From Sphagnum compactum (lineage: Eukaryota), in contig OZ234493.1 of the NCBI GenBank assembly GCA_965153455.1, positions 24,232,213 through 24,296,212 on the forward strand: a DNA stretch of 64,000 bases, in the 5' to 3' direction. Of the stretch, positions 37,554-51,170 are shown piece after piece. Positions within the stretch are counted from its first letter, which is position 1. Each line of letters starts with the position of its first letter. A program made the position numbers and the translations under genes. The notes beneath the pieces were generated by a model. The model saw only the letters and a program-made list of their open reading frames with translations, was not told the DNA's origin and made no database searches.

Positions 37554-38373
37554 TGTCACAACCCTACTTTGAAGGAATGTGAGGATGACACTCACACTCC
37601 CGAAATGGGGACTTGAGAGTCCTCCGGGACTCCCAAAAATTCAGAGTTCGATTGCAAGGGTCAAAACACCTCGCCTTGAGGTAATCTTTATACCGTTAGA
37701 AAGGTCTTGAAGTGTAGATGTCGAAAATGGCCTTGCATGAGCCATTCAAACATTTGCAGCACAAGTTATGGACAAAAGAAAGGCCGGGAGTCAAACTGAC
37801 AATTTGACTTCCGACCACTAAAAGTCGAGAATCGACCCTACCCCGGTGTCTGCAGGTGGAGTGCGACACACTGTTGGAAAGCTCTTGAGGAGAGCTACAA
37901 GTTGGCTTTGGAGCTCATCTCAATCGGAGGTTGAGCAAGGAGTCATGAACTCCCAAATTTTCGGGAGTCCAAACCGGGACAGTTTCGGGACTCCTCTTTG
38001 GGAGTCCCGGGAAAAAGAACAATTTGGATGTAGGTGCTGCGGAGTAACGTAGAGAATACTATATGGGGGAAGGTGGTGGCTTTCCCCCGAGTCTGGGCCG
38101 TGGTGAGTCATGTGAGTCCAGGGTCGTCCGTGGCTTGTCCTAGCACTGAAAGTGCTTCCGAATGTGAACTAACCAACTTGTTGGTTGATTTGACGCAAGT
38201 TCGAGTAACTAAGTAAAGTTTGTCCTTCGCCCTAGTCTAGTCCTGAAGCTTTAGCACTCCCCTCTACCCCTTTTAGTGCTGTAAGCTGGGAGTGTGCATC
38301 AAGTTCCAAACAATTCCGTTGTTTGACTTCTTGGGACTCAACTTGGGTCTAACAAGGAACTTGGGAGCGCGTC
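37554..38373. mobile_element. Solo LTR (~820 bp), same family as 2938-3834
   Basis: Starts TGTCACAACC and ends GGGAGCGCGTC (terminal A missing). TTAAA lies on both sides (37549-37553 and 38374-38378). Long collinear similarity to 2938-3834. Confidence 0.85.
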
Positions 38374-39830
38374 TTAAAGATGCCCATAGCAAAAATAAAA
38401 TTGAATTTTGGAGGTCCCCACAACTAATTAATATGAATCACAATAGACTTATCGTTAAAGTCATATCCAATCTAACCTTTTTTTGGTATCCTCTTTGTTT
38501 AGTCACCTTCTATTTGTTGTTAGCCACAAAGTCAAATTTTTTTGGGATTAAATAGCCCATAAAATTATTAAATTCTACTATGATTTTCATTTAATACAAT
38601 TATGTTGATAGCCATCCTTTGGTTGCATATCTCAAGATTTTATATTGAGAATCACATTCATGACCAATTTTTTTTAGTACTTATAAAAATATTTAAAATT
38701 TGATCTTGATTATGGCACCCAATGCAAATAAATTAAATAATTGAATGCTTAAAATGACTTGTTTTGAACTTCTAATGAACAATTCCATCCCTTATTTGGG
38801 TAACTTTATGAATAACTCTAATATACTAACATATAAAATGCAAGGAATGCATTATATATAATTCAACAATAGTCCATTACTAGACTCCTACTAGGTACCT
38901 ACAACAGCACAGACCTAGCTATGTGAACAGGATGTTTTATTTTCTTTCTAGATTTTTGGAAGTAGTAGTAGGCTAGGTGCATGTGATATTGTTCCAAACA
39001 TGTAAAACTAAATACTAGACAACTCTTGCTCATCATATTTGAACTTCCTTTTCTGAGAGCCATCTCAATCCTCCCTCCCAATATATGTGAATTTTTTTTG
39101 TTGGGGAGGTGAGAAGAGGATATATTATTTTTCTCATGTTTATGTGGTGTGTTTTTCACGTGTGTAAAGAAATGTGTGTACAAGATACGTGGTTACATCT
39201 CCACCCTTGTCTAACTAACTCACCTCACATGAGGTACCTAAGTCCCACCAAAAAAAAAAAAAGCCACAAATAAGTTTGAGCATCACTCATTGTACTTTCC
39301 TTTTTTGGTAGATATGCTTGAATCTTCTCCCCATGCTTTAGAATTATCATTTATTTTGTAGAAGCTATGGCATCAATTTTTATTTTTTAAATTTTTTTTT
39401 CAATATTGTGATGTTGCTCAAGTGGCAATCGTCCATAATAATATTAAGCCAATTTTTGTAGAAAAATCTTAAGCACCCTTTTATGTTGCAGGCAGTTGTG
39501 GCAATTTTTGGTCTTTTCTTTTTTTAAATATGTATTTTTGGCAAAAAAAATTTTAAAAAAATTCAGGGAAGTCTTAAAATGTGCGGGAAAATTTTAGAAA
39601 ATGAAAAGTTTTCTGCCTCTATGGAAGAACCTTTTTGTATAGAAGAAGGGTCTATCCTTAGGCCCTTGTGAGAGTTGAGATGCCTGTACACACATAGCCA
39701 ACAAATAGTGTGTAGGCTCTTGAAAATCACAGAAAGGTCTGAAGACACACCCATTGCCTGCAGGAAGAAACCTAATTTGTATTGCTTTGATGAACATGAA
39801 TAGATCTATCTATGAAGGAAAGGTAGTTTG

Positions 39831-40146
39831 TTGGCCTTATTGGCCTACCAAGGCCCTTAAGGATATTGTGTTTAGATTCATTATAGAGTATAGTAGCTTA
39901 AGGGATTTTGGCCCCTAGGTAATAATAATAGGTCTATTTTTACATGAGGATTTTTGAACGATGATATTTTGGCTTGTGTTGAAACTTGAGATTAGTTATT
40001 ATAGAGTGATAATATGTTGAAGGATTTTGGTTTCTTTTAGATTTTTGCATGGTGAAATATATTTGAGTTTCCATAATTCTTCTTTTGCCTTCAGACACGT
40101 TTTAATGTAAATGGCAAGGCCACAGTGTGACACACCACCCCTTGTT
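39831..40146 (+). mobile_element. Helentron/DINE-like non-autonomous element, full-length copy
   Basis: 5' TTGGCCTT...CCAAGGC; 3' ATGGCAAGGCC, then hairpin GTGTG-A-CACAC, then CCCTTGTTT. Collinear with 55221-55595. Confidence 0.7.
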
Positions 40147-41454
40147 TGTTTTGTTTGTTTGTCACATTGAGATCTCCCAAACCATGGCATCTCTTGTCGG
40201 GCCCTTGGTACCATAGGAAAAGCTCTTGATGAGTAAGTAAGGGGTCCACTGAGTTGGTTTCATAAAGTTTTGACATGTATTGGAGAAGTTATTGAATAAT
40301 GAAAAAAAAAAATCATTTAAATCAAAACTAAAAATTAATGGGGATTTGGGTTATGCTCAACCTCACATCAAGGTACCAATTAGGTGAAAAAATCAGGAAC
40401 CTTTCAACATTTGGAAGAAAGACACTATGATACTTAGACACATGATCTTTCATGAAATGAAAGACCCTATGCTAGATTTCACTCCTAAAACCTCCTAAAA
40501 TTTATACTAAATTTTTATCACAATTATTTTTTTTAAAAACTTTTTCCTACGTGTTGGGTACCATGGAAAAACAAAACAAAAACAAAAGGAAAGACTTTAC
40601 ATCTGGCAACACCTTGGAGTGGCAATAAGGGTCCTTTGATTTGTCTAGGGTGGGCATACTCAACCCTAATTCCTGCAAATGTGAGTAAACACGCCCCTAA
40701 GGGGCCTGTGAAATTTTCATTGCAATTCTAGGTGAAATTTACTTTTGGTGAAATTACCGTAGTGAGCTTGAATTTACATTTCACAATTTCAAAAGCCATG
40801 TTTCATCAATAATGGGAGATGGTCTGCAAGATTCAACAGCTGTGATTAACTAGATTCAAAATGAAAACTACTTACATTTTTGCCGACATTGCACTTATAT
40901 GACCTGAAACATGAAACCCTAATTTCTTTCTTTCTACAAAAATTGTCCGATCACACAGTCAAGATGTGTTCAAATTGGAAAACAAAATGTGTGCGATTTA
41001 TGGAGGGGTTTGACACCCCCAATTTGTCTTGATCTAGTTTTGAAAACACTTTAGTTTTACACTGAAATACCACATAGTATGCATGCTTTTAGGTTTGGTG
41101 GTAATTATACAAGTCCAAAATGCTGAAAGTTAAATGCCCATTGGTGTCAGAATTTTGGGAACTCAAAACACTTGTCTAGGTTATGTTTAAGGTCTATTAT
41201 TTCTCTGTTTTTGTCAGATAGGTGATTTATCAATCATTTATTTATCTATGCTTAGCAACAACTTTAATGCTTACTATGAATCACCTCTAAGTTATCAAAT
41301 AAAGTGGAGTCCTTGTTCCTTCCAACCAAGAATTGTGATGAGGAAAGGAAATTGTGCAATACTTTTTTTTTTTTTAATAATGAGATCTTTTCATCAAGAC
41401 ATTTTAAGTGCAATGATGTGTCATCGTTATCAAATATTTTTATTTCAACATAAT

Positions 41455-41840
41455 AGAGTAATCCGTAAAGTCACCATGTCTTCACCTGCACTTTCACCCC
41501 CCTATCCCCTCTTTCAGTGGTATCTGCAAAGTAAGGAAATTTTATTACATCTCAGTATGAAATGTTAAAACTCAGCATTTAATGCACAAGGTTCAAGCCT
41601 AATTATAGTAGTTATACAGGTAGAACCGTGAAAAATATATGTAGCAGCAGCATCGGAGGCGCTCAGGAGAAAGGACAGACAGGGTGAAACTTAGTTTACC
41701 ACGAAAATTGGTGGAAAATTTAGTTTGGGTCCTAGTTCTTTAGTTTTGTAAAACCTTCATGCCCAGTTATGTGTTTGATGGCCTATTCCCCGAAACTGGC
41801 TGTTCTCGCCCTGTAATCATGTGACTTTACGGATAACTCT
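41455..41840 (+). mobile_element. MITE (~385 bp) with ~20-bp TIRs
   Basis: AGAGTAATCCGTAAAGTCAC (41455) and GTGACTTTACGGATAACTCT (41821-41840) are reverse complements with 1 mismatch. The body is homologous to 44137-44531 and 46735-46985. Confidence 0.8.
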
Positions 41841-42589
41841 GATAGGAAGCCATAAATTTTTTCAAAAATTATCATTTTTACTCCCAAACTCAAATTTTGA
41901 AAAATTATTATTCAGCACTCAGACCATATAAGACACTATGGGTAGTGGTGTTGTGTTGGGTAACAAATAGTGATTCAGATACCATAAACAAAATTCTTAT
42001 TAGTCCTCTCAAGCTCACCAATAACATGTCCATGTCCACTTCTCTGACTAGTGCAACAGATGGACTTCAACTTGAACTTCTGTTTCTTAATGTAATCATC
42101 TTAAGAGAGCAAAAGAACACATTTGTTTGAACTCAAAGCTTAGCTCCTTTGTCTCTGGATCAAAGTATCATCAATCAACTCTAGCAAAACATCTTGAATA
42201 AAAGGTATCACAGGTTTTGGGGACAAAGATATGCAGTGGACCCATGACATTCATGTTATTATCACTGTACTCAGGAAAATGTTTAACTGCCAACAATCAG
42301 AATTTGGGATTTAGGTGCGATCTAGGAGTTACAAGTTACGACACTAGAAAAGGCAGAGCCCAAACTGATTGAGCATCAAACACAGGAAGGAGGATGAAGG
42401 AAATTTAGTCCTTAAGAACAAGAGCTATATTGTATGCAATCTGCACAACATGCATGAGATACATACTTTCCTTTGAATCTCGGGTTGCAAGAAATATGTC
42501 CTCAAGAAGAATTCCAGAAATTGGTTCAACAAATGATCTGGTGCATTAGAAATGCACTCTCAACCATTGCATCAATGCCCAAAGCAGAG

Positions 42590-43060
42590 TGTACAAGATC
42601 ATGTTGTGAATCTTCTTCTTTGGTTGGAAGAAGACCCCCTCCTCATTCAGAAGAACCAGGAACTGGTTCACCAAATGATCTTGTGCACCAAAAAATGCCA
42701 TCTCAACTAATGCATCGATTGCAGAAGCAGAATGTATAAGATCATTTTATGAATTTACTTCTTTGGTAAACACTACCTTCTCATTCAGAAGAACCAGAAA
42801 ATGGGTCAGCAAGATCAAATGTGAATCTTCTTTTTTTGGTTGGAAGAAGCTAAGGACCTCCTCCTCATTCAGAAGAACTAGAAACTGGTTCAGCAAATGA
42901 TCTTGTGAAGTGAAAATGCACTCTCAACCACTGCAGCAAAGGCAATAGCAGAATGTACAAGATCATGTTGTCAATGTTCTGCTTTGGTTTGAAGAAAGAC
43001 CTCCTCCGCATTCAGAAGAACCAGAAACTGGTTCAGCAAATGATCTTGTGAAGTGAAAGC
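42590..43060. repeat. Local tandem duplication array (4 copies of a ~45-bp core, irregular 80-145 bp spacing)
   Basis: 'cct(c)c(t/g)cattcagaagaac(c/t)ag.aa.tgg.tca.caa' occurs at ~42638, 42777, 42860 and 43003. Confidence 0.85.
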
Positions 43061-44136
43061 ATGAACTCACAGTTTTGACAATAACAACACTTGGTGAACA
43101 TTCCTCCAAATGCAGGACCAAAATAAAAACTACATAGTTCTGTAGTCTCTCCCTTACAGGGCAGAGCCAACAAACTATGCAAAATTGTGCTTCCTGTAAG
43201 TCATTTTGATCCACAATTTTGTACTCTTTGAGTTGTTGCAAGGCAGGATTTCAACTGGGTCACAGTTATGAGCATTCAAAGCTCCAAGGTCTTTTTTCAA
43301 GTATGCATCATAACTTGCAGAATTCCTTGGCAAATTGCAACACCCATGCTATGTGTGGTATGACATACCTGATACCAAGCAACAAACTTCCAAATTTCCA
43401 TTTAGGCCCTCCAGAAGATCACAGCCCGATTCTTAGAGTTCAGACCTCTTGCGATTCCAATCCAAGGCCCCAATATGGCATTTGAGATTGTTATTGGTGA
43501 TTAAGAAGGAATAGAAGCCTGGCCATTATCCTCACCTATTCCAAATTGTGTCCCATTTTCACAAGTGTGATGTTTTGGAGAGATTATTTGGACAATTTCA
43601 ACTCAATGTCATTTGCAATGGGACTGTGCACAAATGGGTGGATAAATTTGTCACAGAACCAAAGTCCTTATTTACTTAAAATCCTGGTCAAATTTTAGAG
43701 ATTTTAACTAGTTTACATTAATTTGCATTGATTTCTTCCATGTTTTTTCCATGTCATTGAACAATTCTTTGCTTTTGCAATAAGAGTTGGTAGAGACTAA
43801 GAAAAGGTTAATACCTTATTTGGTGTGCATGGAAATTGACAAAACATGTACCTTGGAGTGTTCCATAATCAAGCCGGTGGAAGTAGTACCATTTATTCAA
43901 TAAAACTTGATTTTGCTTGAAACTTTGAGCATGGAGTTGGATCCGTCCACAACATCTAAGCTCAGGTACTTTTTGTATGCAAGTAGATGGCATCCTTCCC
44001 TTTGAGAAGGTGGAGATTATGTGCTTGAGCAAGTTGCCTTTGTTTCCCCCTAAACTATCAAGGCTTTGGAATTTTAGGGTTGTGGCCAAATCATGAATTC
44101 TTGTCAAACCCTAATGTTCAAGTATATTGACCTATT

Positions 44137-44531
44137 AGACTTATTCGTAAAGTCAGGCGATTGGGGAGCGAGAATGGCCAGTTTCAGCATAATAGGGCAT
44201 CAAATGCATAACATGGAATGAAAACTTTACAAAAGCAAATAATTGGACCCAAACTAGTTTTTTCCACCAATTTTGGTGGTAAACTGAGTTTCATCCTGTC
44301 TTTCCTTTTTCCTGAGCACCTTCACTACTGCTACATATATTTTCACTACTCCTACTTGTACAACTACTATAATTATTCTCAAACCTTGTGCATTAAATGC
44401 TGAGTTTTAGCGTTTCATACCCAGATTTAATAAAATTTCCAAACTTTGCAAATACCACTGAAAGAGGTGATAGGGGGCGAAAGTAGAGGAAATAGGGGGT
44501 GAAACAGAGAGTGACTTTACACAGATAACTC
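44137..44531 (-). mobile_element. MITE copy 2 (inverted relative to 41455-41840)
   Basis: TIR remnants GACTTATTCGTAAAGTCA at ~44138 and GTGACTTTACACAGATAACTC at ~44511. Internal 44245-44470 is the reverse complement of 41510-41735. Confidence 0.8.
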
Positions 44532-45364
44532 GGTTGCATGATTTTTATAGTCTTCATGGGTTAGGCTTGAATTGCACGCTTAATGTTTGAGGGGGGTAAT
44601 TCATTGAAATTTGCTTACAGTCATGAAACCAACAGTGTTTTATTACCTATAAGTCACATGTGGGCTCAATGTGGGCCATAAAAAGAAACCCTTATGTACT
44701 AACTAAAAAAATGTTCAAAGTTTAACTTTTATTTAGCAGTTGCTTTGGTAAAATATATCTTCTGTAGTGAATCAATTTTTTAACAAGCTAATAATGTCAA
44801 TAAATATTTTTGTAGATCTTGATTGTATGGTAGGCTTGGTTAATAGAAAGAAATCATATAGCGTGCATCATCAAACTAGAACGTAAGTTTCATGAGTTTC
44901 CCAAATAATTGCAAATCCACCATTGTGTTCAGCTGGTTGGTTAGAATTATCATCATCCATGTAAAACATTTTTCAGTGCCAAGGAATTCCATTTTAATCA
45001 ACTTTTTAAGCTTGGTATTAATGGTATTTTAGTGAATTTTTTCTTTAAAATCAGGGAAATTTTAGAATATTCTCATTTTACATTTTGGTCACAAGAATGC
45101 AAAAATTTGTAACAAAAAAACACTCATTGTGGAATATAGTCTCACAACATCATTATAGCATTCATCCACCTTACTTCCCATTACACTTGTTGGAATCAAG
45201 AAGAGTTTTTGCTTGAATGATCATGACAAATGCTTGTTTGAATTTAGTAATTGAAATGGTTATTATTATGATTATTTGAAGCTATGGATTCCAAGATTTT
45301 TTTTCTTCGCCAAAAATAAACAATATATCTCCGATCAATATTGTGCAATAAGTTTGTTCAAATG

Positions 45365-45447
45365 AATGAATGTTTGTTGAGCTCCAAGAAGTTCAAACTT
45401 ATTGTTCAATATTGTTCAAACTTCTTGGAGCTCAACAAACATTCATT
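45365..45447. repeat. Perfect 29-bp inverted repeat with 25-nt loop
   Basis: AATGAATGTTTGTTGAGCTCCAAGAAGTT (45365-45393) and AACTTCTTGGAGCTCAACAAACATTCATT (45419-45447). Confidence 0.95.
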
Positions 45448-46734
45448 AATGAGAACTTTTCCACATTATTTCCCCTTCCTTACTCCAATTGATATATAGT
45501 GAATTGAAGCCAATTTGACAAAGTGCTTCAAAACGAGTTATCGATTTCATTTGAAGAAGATAATAGACTTCAACTTTCTAGAATCCCCAATGTTGTCTTG
45601 GGCCGCCAATCAAACCATCTCATGAAAAATGATGAAAGTGCTCAAGCAGGTAGCTAACTCCCATAATTATTTGCCCACACTATAGAATGGTCCCACTTGA
45701 ATGTTTCCTATGCAAGTGCTTCAAACTTATGCTTGTGTTGCAAGTTTGAATTACAATTCAACCCTTTCAAATATTAGGTATCTAGTGTAGTTAACCTTTG
45801 AAATATTCATAGTGCAATTATTTTTTTGCACAATTATTTTCCTAAGTGCAACATTCATAACAAGAGGAATTCAATGTTGGTGAAGGAAGCATGCAAAGTA
45901 TCTCTCTTCACTTTGTTAAGCCCATCAATTCAACTCTTTCTCTTGTACAAATCTAAGTTTTGTTGCATAGCACACATAGTACATAGTGAATACATCAACA
46001 AGGAGGCATTACTTTAATATTAATATTGTTTATCCCACATTAAACAACATTTTCCCATCCCCAAACCCCCAGAAATGGTATATATGTTAATGATTAGGGT
46101 GTTGACAATTATTGCACTTGTATGAGGCATATAATAATTTAGGACATTCTTGAAGCTCACACCTCTCACATTATACAACCCAAAACCCCTAGAAATCTCT
46201 ACCCAAAATTCTCTTTAACTATGACCATTGTCTTCACAATTGTCACATGTATTTGGCATATCAGGATAGGGATTGCATGTCATCTCCGAACTAAAACCTT
46301 TAAAGATTGATTGCCCATGAGTTTATTGGATATTCATACAACCATTGTCAGATGCTAGCATTTGAACGAATATAAAAATGACTTAGAAATGTAGCAATCC
46401 AACCCAACATTTCTTTTTGTAATTTTATTGGAGTAAATTTCCTCCATCATTCAGACATAATATAAGTTCTAATAATTATTCCGATCACATTTGCATAGTA
46501 CAATTTGTGATTATCATTGTGAAAGTGCACACCACATCTATGCAAGGATAAATGTCTTGGGTTGGTGCAGGCTTGGACTAAATTGGACATGATGAAGGTG
46601 TAAGGGTTCAGCCAGACAGATTCGTTTGATGTCTACAAGATCTGAGTCCAATTTGAAATTACCAAAGCTTGTAAAACTAAAAGCTTTTACAACTAATAAA
46701 CTCAAACAAAGAAAATTAATCCTCCACCCCAAGT

Positions 46735-46985
46735 GGTTTCCTGAGTTTCACCCTGTCTTTCTTTTTTCCTGAGCACCTCCACTGCTGCTACATAGATTTT
46801 CACTGCTCTTACCTGTACAACTACTATTATTATTCCGCTCGAACCTTGTGCATTAAATGCTGAGTGAGCTTCGTACTGAGTTTCAGCATTTCATACTGAG
46901 ATTTAATAAAATTTCCTTGATACCACTCAATTGGTGAGGGGTTAGGGGTTGAAAGGAGGCCCAAAGACAGGGTGACTTTATCGTT
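46735..46985 (-). mobile_element. MITE copy 3 (partial)
   Basis: 'ctgagtttcaccctgtctttc...cctgagcacctccactgctgctacat...accttgtgcattaaatgctgagt...ggtgactttat' matches 44283-44520. Confidence 0.75.
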
Positions 46986-47059
46986 AATCCACTTACAAAT
47001 AACTGACCAATGTACCTCTCTCTATTTTGATGCATAAGTGAGTACATGTTAACCTTTAA

Positions 47060-50000
47060 TTTATTTTATTTTTCTTGACATTCTTTTCTCAACCCTTCAT
47101 ATCACTCTCTCACCTAGTTACCTTATAGACCTAGCTACTTTATTCACCTTGACCCTACCTATCAACTACAAACCCCCCGACCTAATTATGTTTTATTCTT
47201 TTCTAGCTAAATCTTTATCTCTTGACAAAACCTTTTTATTTTTTGGTTAATTTTTATCTATTTTTAACTGAACCTTTTTCTTTTTTTTTGTTAAACATTT
47301 CTATTCCTTGGTTAAAGGTTTCCTTCTCAACAAAATCTTTATATCTTACTAGTTAAACATGTATCTATTAGCAAAACTTCTATCTTGTCTTAGTTAAACC
47401 TTTACCATTTGGCAAAACTTATATTTCTTCCTATCTAAACTTTATTTCTTCTTACCTAAACCTCTCCTATTTGGCAAAACTTATAGTTCTTCCTAGCTAA
47501 ACTTCTATCTCTCAACAAAAATTCTTTGTTTCTTGGCTATACCTTTATTTCTTGACAAAACATTTATATCTTCTTAATTAAACCTCTACCTTTTAACCAA
47601 ACCTATTTCTTCTTAGTTCAACTTTTACTGCTTGAAAAAAATTTATCCTTTCTTGGTTCAACCTTAATCTTTTGGCAAAGCTTTTTTTTTTTTCAATTAA
47701 ACTTTTATTTCTTGGCAAAAGCTTTGTTTTTTCTTGGTCAAGCCTCTACCTTTTGGCGAAATCTGTTTTGTTTTTTGGTAAAACTTTTAGTTTTTATTGG
47801 CTAATTATTTTCCTTTCAATAAAACCTCTTTGTTTCTTAGCTAAACATTTACTCTTGGCAAAACCTTTGTTTATTATGATTAAAGTTTTTTACTACTTGG
47901 TTGAACTTTTAAATTTCAACAAAACCTCTCTACTTCTTTGCTATGTTTTGGCAAAGAATATGTATTTTTTGGCTAAACATTTACCTCTTGAAAAAACATC
48001 TATATCAGCATGGCTAAATATTTGCCTTTAGTTAAAACCTTTATTTCTTCCTAATTAAACTTCTTCTTATTGGCAAAACTTATATTTTTAACAATACCAC
48101 TTTAATTTTTTAGCAAAACTTTCTACTTTCTAGTTTACCATCTACTTCTTGACAAAACCTACCTACCCATCCATCATCATACTTACATATGCATTTCCAG
48201 ATTGTGATTTCAATTGATGAAATTATAACGTAAAATGTAGTTATTGCAATAACCCAATGGTATTTTATTTAGTCCTATTCAAACCTATGATGATGATAAG
48301 CCACTAACTCCAAATGCAGGTATTACAATCATGGAATTTTTTGGTGGTGGTTTCAAACCTTTACTTCCACTTTGGAATATGTTCGACAAATTTAAAGTTA
48401 AAAAAAAATCAAACATTTATAAAATTTTGCACATTTTTTGATACTAATTTAAATCAATCCTAGGTTTGATTTTGGGGAAATTTTCATATACACATACCAT
48501 AATACCTTTACCATTAAAGGCAAAAAATTATTGAATAATTATTTAAATTTGAAATCTTAACTTCAACACTTGGTTTTTTAATTCTGAAATTTTCAACAAG
48601 TAATGATTATATAAAATAATAAATGGGGGTATGTCAGTGTTATGGAGTAGTTTAGTGTGTCTAAACTACTTCAAATTTGAACCATTGTCATGGTAGGTTT
48701 ATGATTCAAATCTAACAATTGAACTTTTAAACCTATTAGATTTCTAATTAGTTGATATAAAATTCTTTTGTTTTCCATTTGTATATAATTTATTGTTAAT
48801 ATAAGATTTCAATATTTTTTATGGTTTAGAATTACTTCATAATTTATAATTTTAGTTAACTATTGAATATCCAAAATATGCTCCTCCCTTCAAATTTTAT
48901 TGTGTTATTTTAGTACAATTCAACAAAACCTTCTTCTAGCTTAGTAAAAAATAAAAAATATAAATGTTATTTTAATCGAAACCTTATTTTTTTTCAATTT
49001 TTTCATGTTGCATCAAAAGTGGTGATCAACCACATAAGGATTTGGCCAAATTTGGTTACAAAACAAATATATAAAATAAGAAATCTAGGAATCATGTTAC
49101 ATGTTGACCAACAACTAATTTATATTAGTTAAATATGGCAATTTCAAATTTAAAAAAGGTTTAAAATCTAAATTTTTTGATGATTTCATAAATGTGATGA
49201 TTATTTTGAAAAAAAATTCCAAATAGTTCTCTAAACCATGTTACTTGGGATTTTTAAAAAAAGAAAAATAACAAATTTTGGCCACAAAAAAAATCAGTGC
49301 AATTCAATATTTATAATATAATTAAGGGTTTAATGTTAATTTGAATAAATGGTCAATCTAAGGTTTAATGGCATTATTTATTTCTTGAATTAGAAACTTG
49401 TAATATTGGTATGTAACTTCAAATTTAAATATTTATTATTAATAGGTTTTGTTCTACAACAATTGATAATAAGTTTAAATATTAGCACTTTTGATATAAA
49501 CATAATGTATTATTAAACCTTTCAAATTTTTCAATTTATACTTATATTTTAGATATTTCTTATTGAATCTGGTCCATTAAATGCAAATCCGACATTTCAT
49601 GAAGAAGATGCACCTAACTAACCTTAAATTATGAAGGAACAAGGTTTTGCAATAAATCGCATCAAATCAGAATGGGGCTTTTGGTGAGGTTACACAATAC
49701 ATTTTTATGTAAATATTGTGAAAATATTACATTACAAGAATAATGAAAAAATTACATTTGTGATCACCTTAATAAACTACAAACTTTCAATAATGCAAGT
49801 ATTGCAAATTTGGGATTGAGAAAAAAATGGGGCATGCTCATAGTTGATGTTTACATGTACAGATGAAGATATTGCTAATTAAATTTTCTTCAATTATTCC
49901 ATTAGTAATGGATTGAAGTTTAATAACCCAAAAAATTAATGTCATGATTCAAATGCATGATGAAAAAACAATGTTAAAAAAAAGTTAAATGCTTGCAAAT

Positions 50001-51170
50001 TTACTAGCCATGAATCATTTTCAATTCATGGTACTAACACATGGCTTGCATTTTTTTTTTCAATTAAACTTGGGGGATTTAAAATTCTAATTGTGAGCAT
50101 CCCATGCAACTTAAAAGGCGTTGCATAACCAACCTTATTCATTTGAATTGTTTCATCAATATCATCTCCTTTTCAATTCGTGAAAATGCATTACATAGGA
50201 TAAACCCCAAACCCCACATGGGTATGTCAATGACGTGTGACAATTTGTTGAAGGTGAATATTACAAATAAAGGTCATCAAACCTCTTCAAAGTGTTGCAT
50301 TTCAATTTGAAATTGATCCCACTAAGCTTCAACTTCTTTTTTCATTCAATCAACTACCTTCTTTTCATTACATGTTTGCCATGCTTATAGTTTGTTCATA
50401 ATGCGAACATTCATGACTTGGTTTTATCTTGAGATTAGATGTTTAACTGATAAACAAAGAGGTTTTATTTAGAGAGCAAAAGTTTAGCCAAGAAAAAATA
50501 GAGTTTTTGCTAATAAACCAAAAAAAAATTCAAAAAGTAAAGGTTTAGCCAAAAAAAGAGGTTTTGCCGAAAGGCAAAAGATTAGCCATGAAAATATAGA
50601 GATTTTGGCAAGCAATAGAGGTTTAACTGAGAAGACATGAAGGTTTTTTTGAAGGGTACATGTTTAGCTAGGAACATATAAAAGTTTTGTCACGAAACAT
50701 AGAAGTTTTGTCAAGAGGCAAAAGTTTAGCCAAGAAGAAATAATTTTTTTGCCAAGTGGTAGAAGTTTTGACAAAAAGAGATAAAAGTTTTGTTGAAGGT
50801 AAAAGTTTAACTAGGAAGATATAAAGGTTTTGTTGAAAAGCAAAGGTTTAGCCATTGACTAAAAAGGTTTTGCCAAGTGATAGAAGTTTAACCAAGAAAA
50901 TATAAAGGTTTCACCGAGAAATAAAAGTTCATCTAGAGAATAGAAAGATTTTGCTTAAAGGTAGAAGTTTAGCCCCAAAAAAAAAAACAAAAGAGGTTTT
51001 TTGGTAAGATCCAAAGGTTTAGGCAGAAATGGGTGGACTGATGGTAAGCTTGGCATGTAGAAATAGATGGGCAGGGTGTAGTTAGGATGTGATAGGTAGG
51101 TAACTTGGGTGGGTGAGGTCGCTAGATGGGCAAATTTTTGTTTATGGGGTAGGTACGTGAAAAAAAAAGG
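47060..51170. mobile_element. Putative foldback-type element with long inverted arms made of short degenerate subrepeats
   Basis: Left arm (~47200-48160) is rich in 'ttggcaaaacct/ctaaacct'. Right arm (~50430-51020) is rich in the reverse complements 'aggttttgccaag/aggtttag'. The outer blocks 'cacctagttacct..acctagctac' (~47110) and 'gtagttagg...aggtaacttgggtg' (~51080-51110) are also roughly complementary. Confidence 0.55.

Noticed and set aside
42590-43060. CRISPR-like appearance of repeated ~45-bp cores with spacers
   Set aside because: Eukaryotic context, spacers are homologous to one another and of irregular length, and there are no cas genes. It is an ordinary tandem duplication.
45480-46500. 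Possible hAT-like transposase remnant
   Set aside because: Too degenerate; I could not read a diagnostic motif.
47672-48031. Hydrophobic 119-aa ORF (LAK repeats)
   Set aside because: It is the translation of the subrepeat arm of the foldback-like element.
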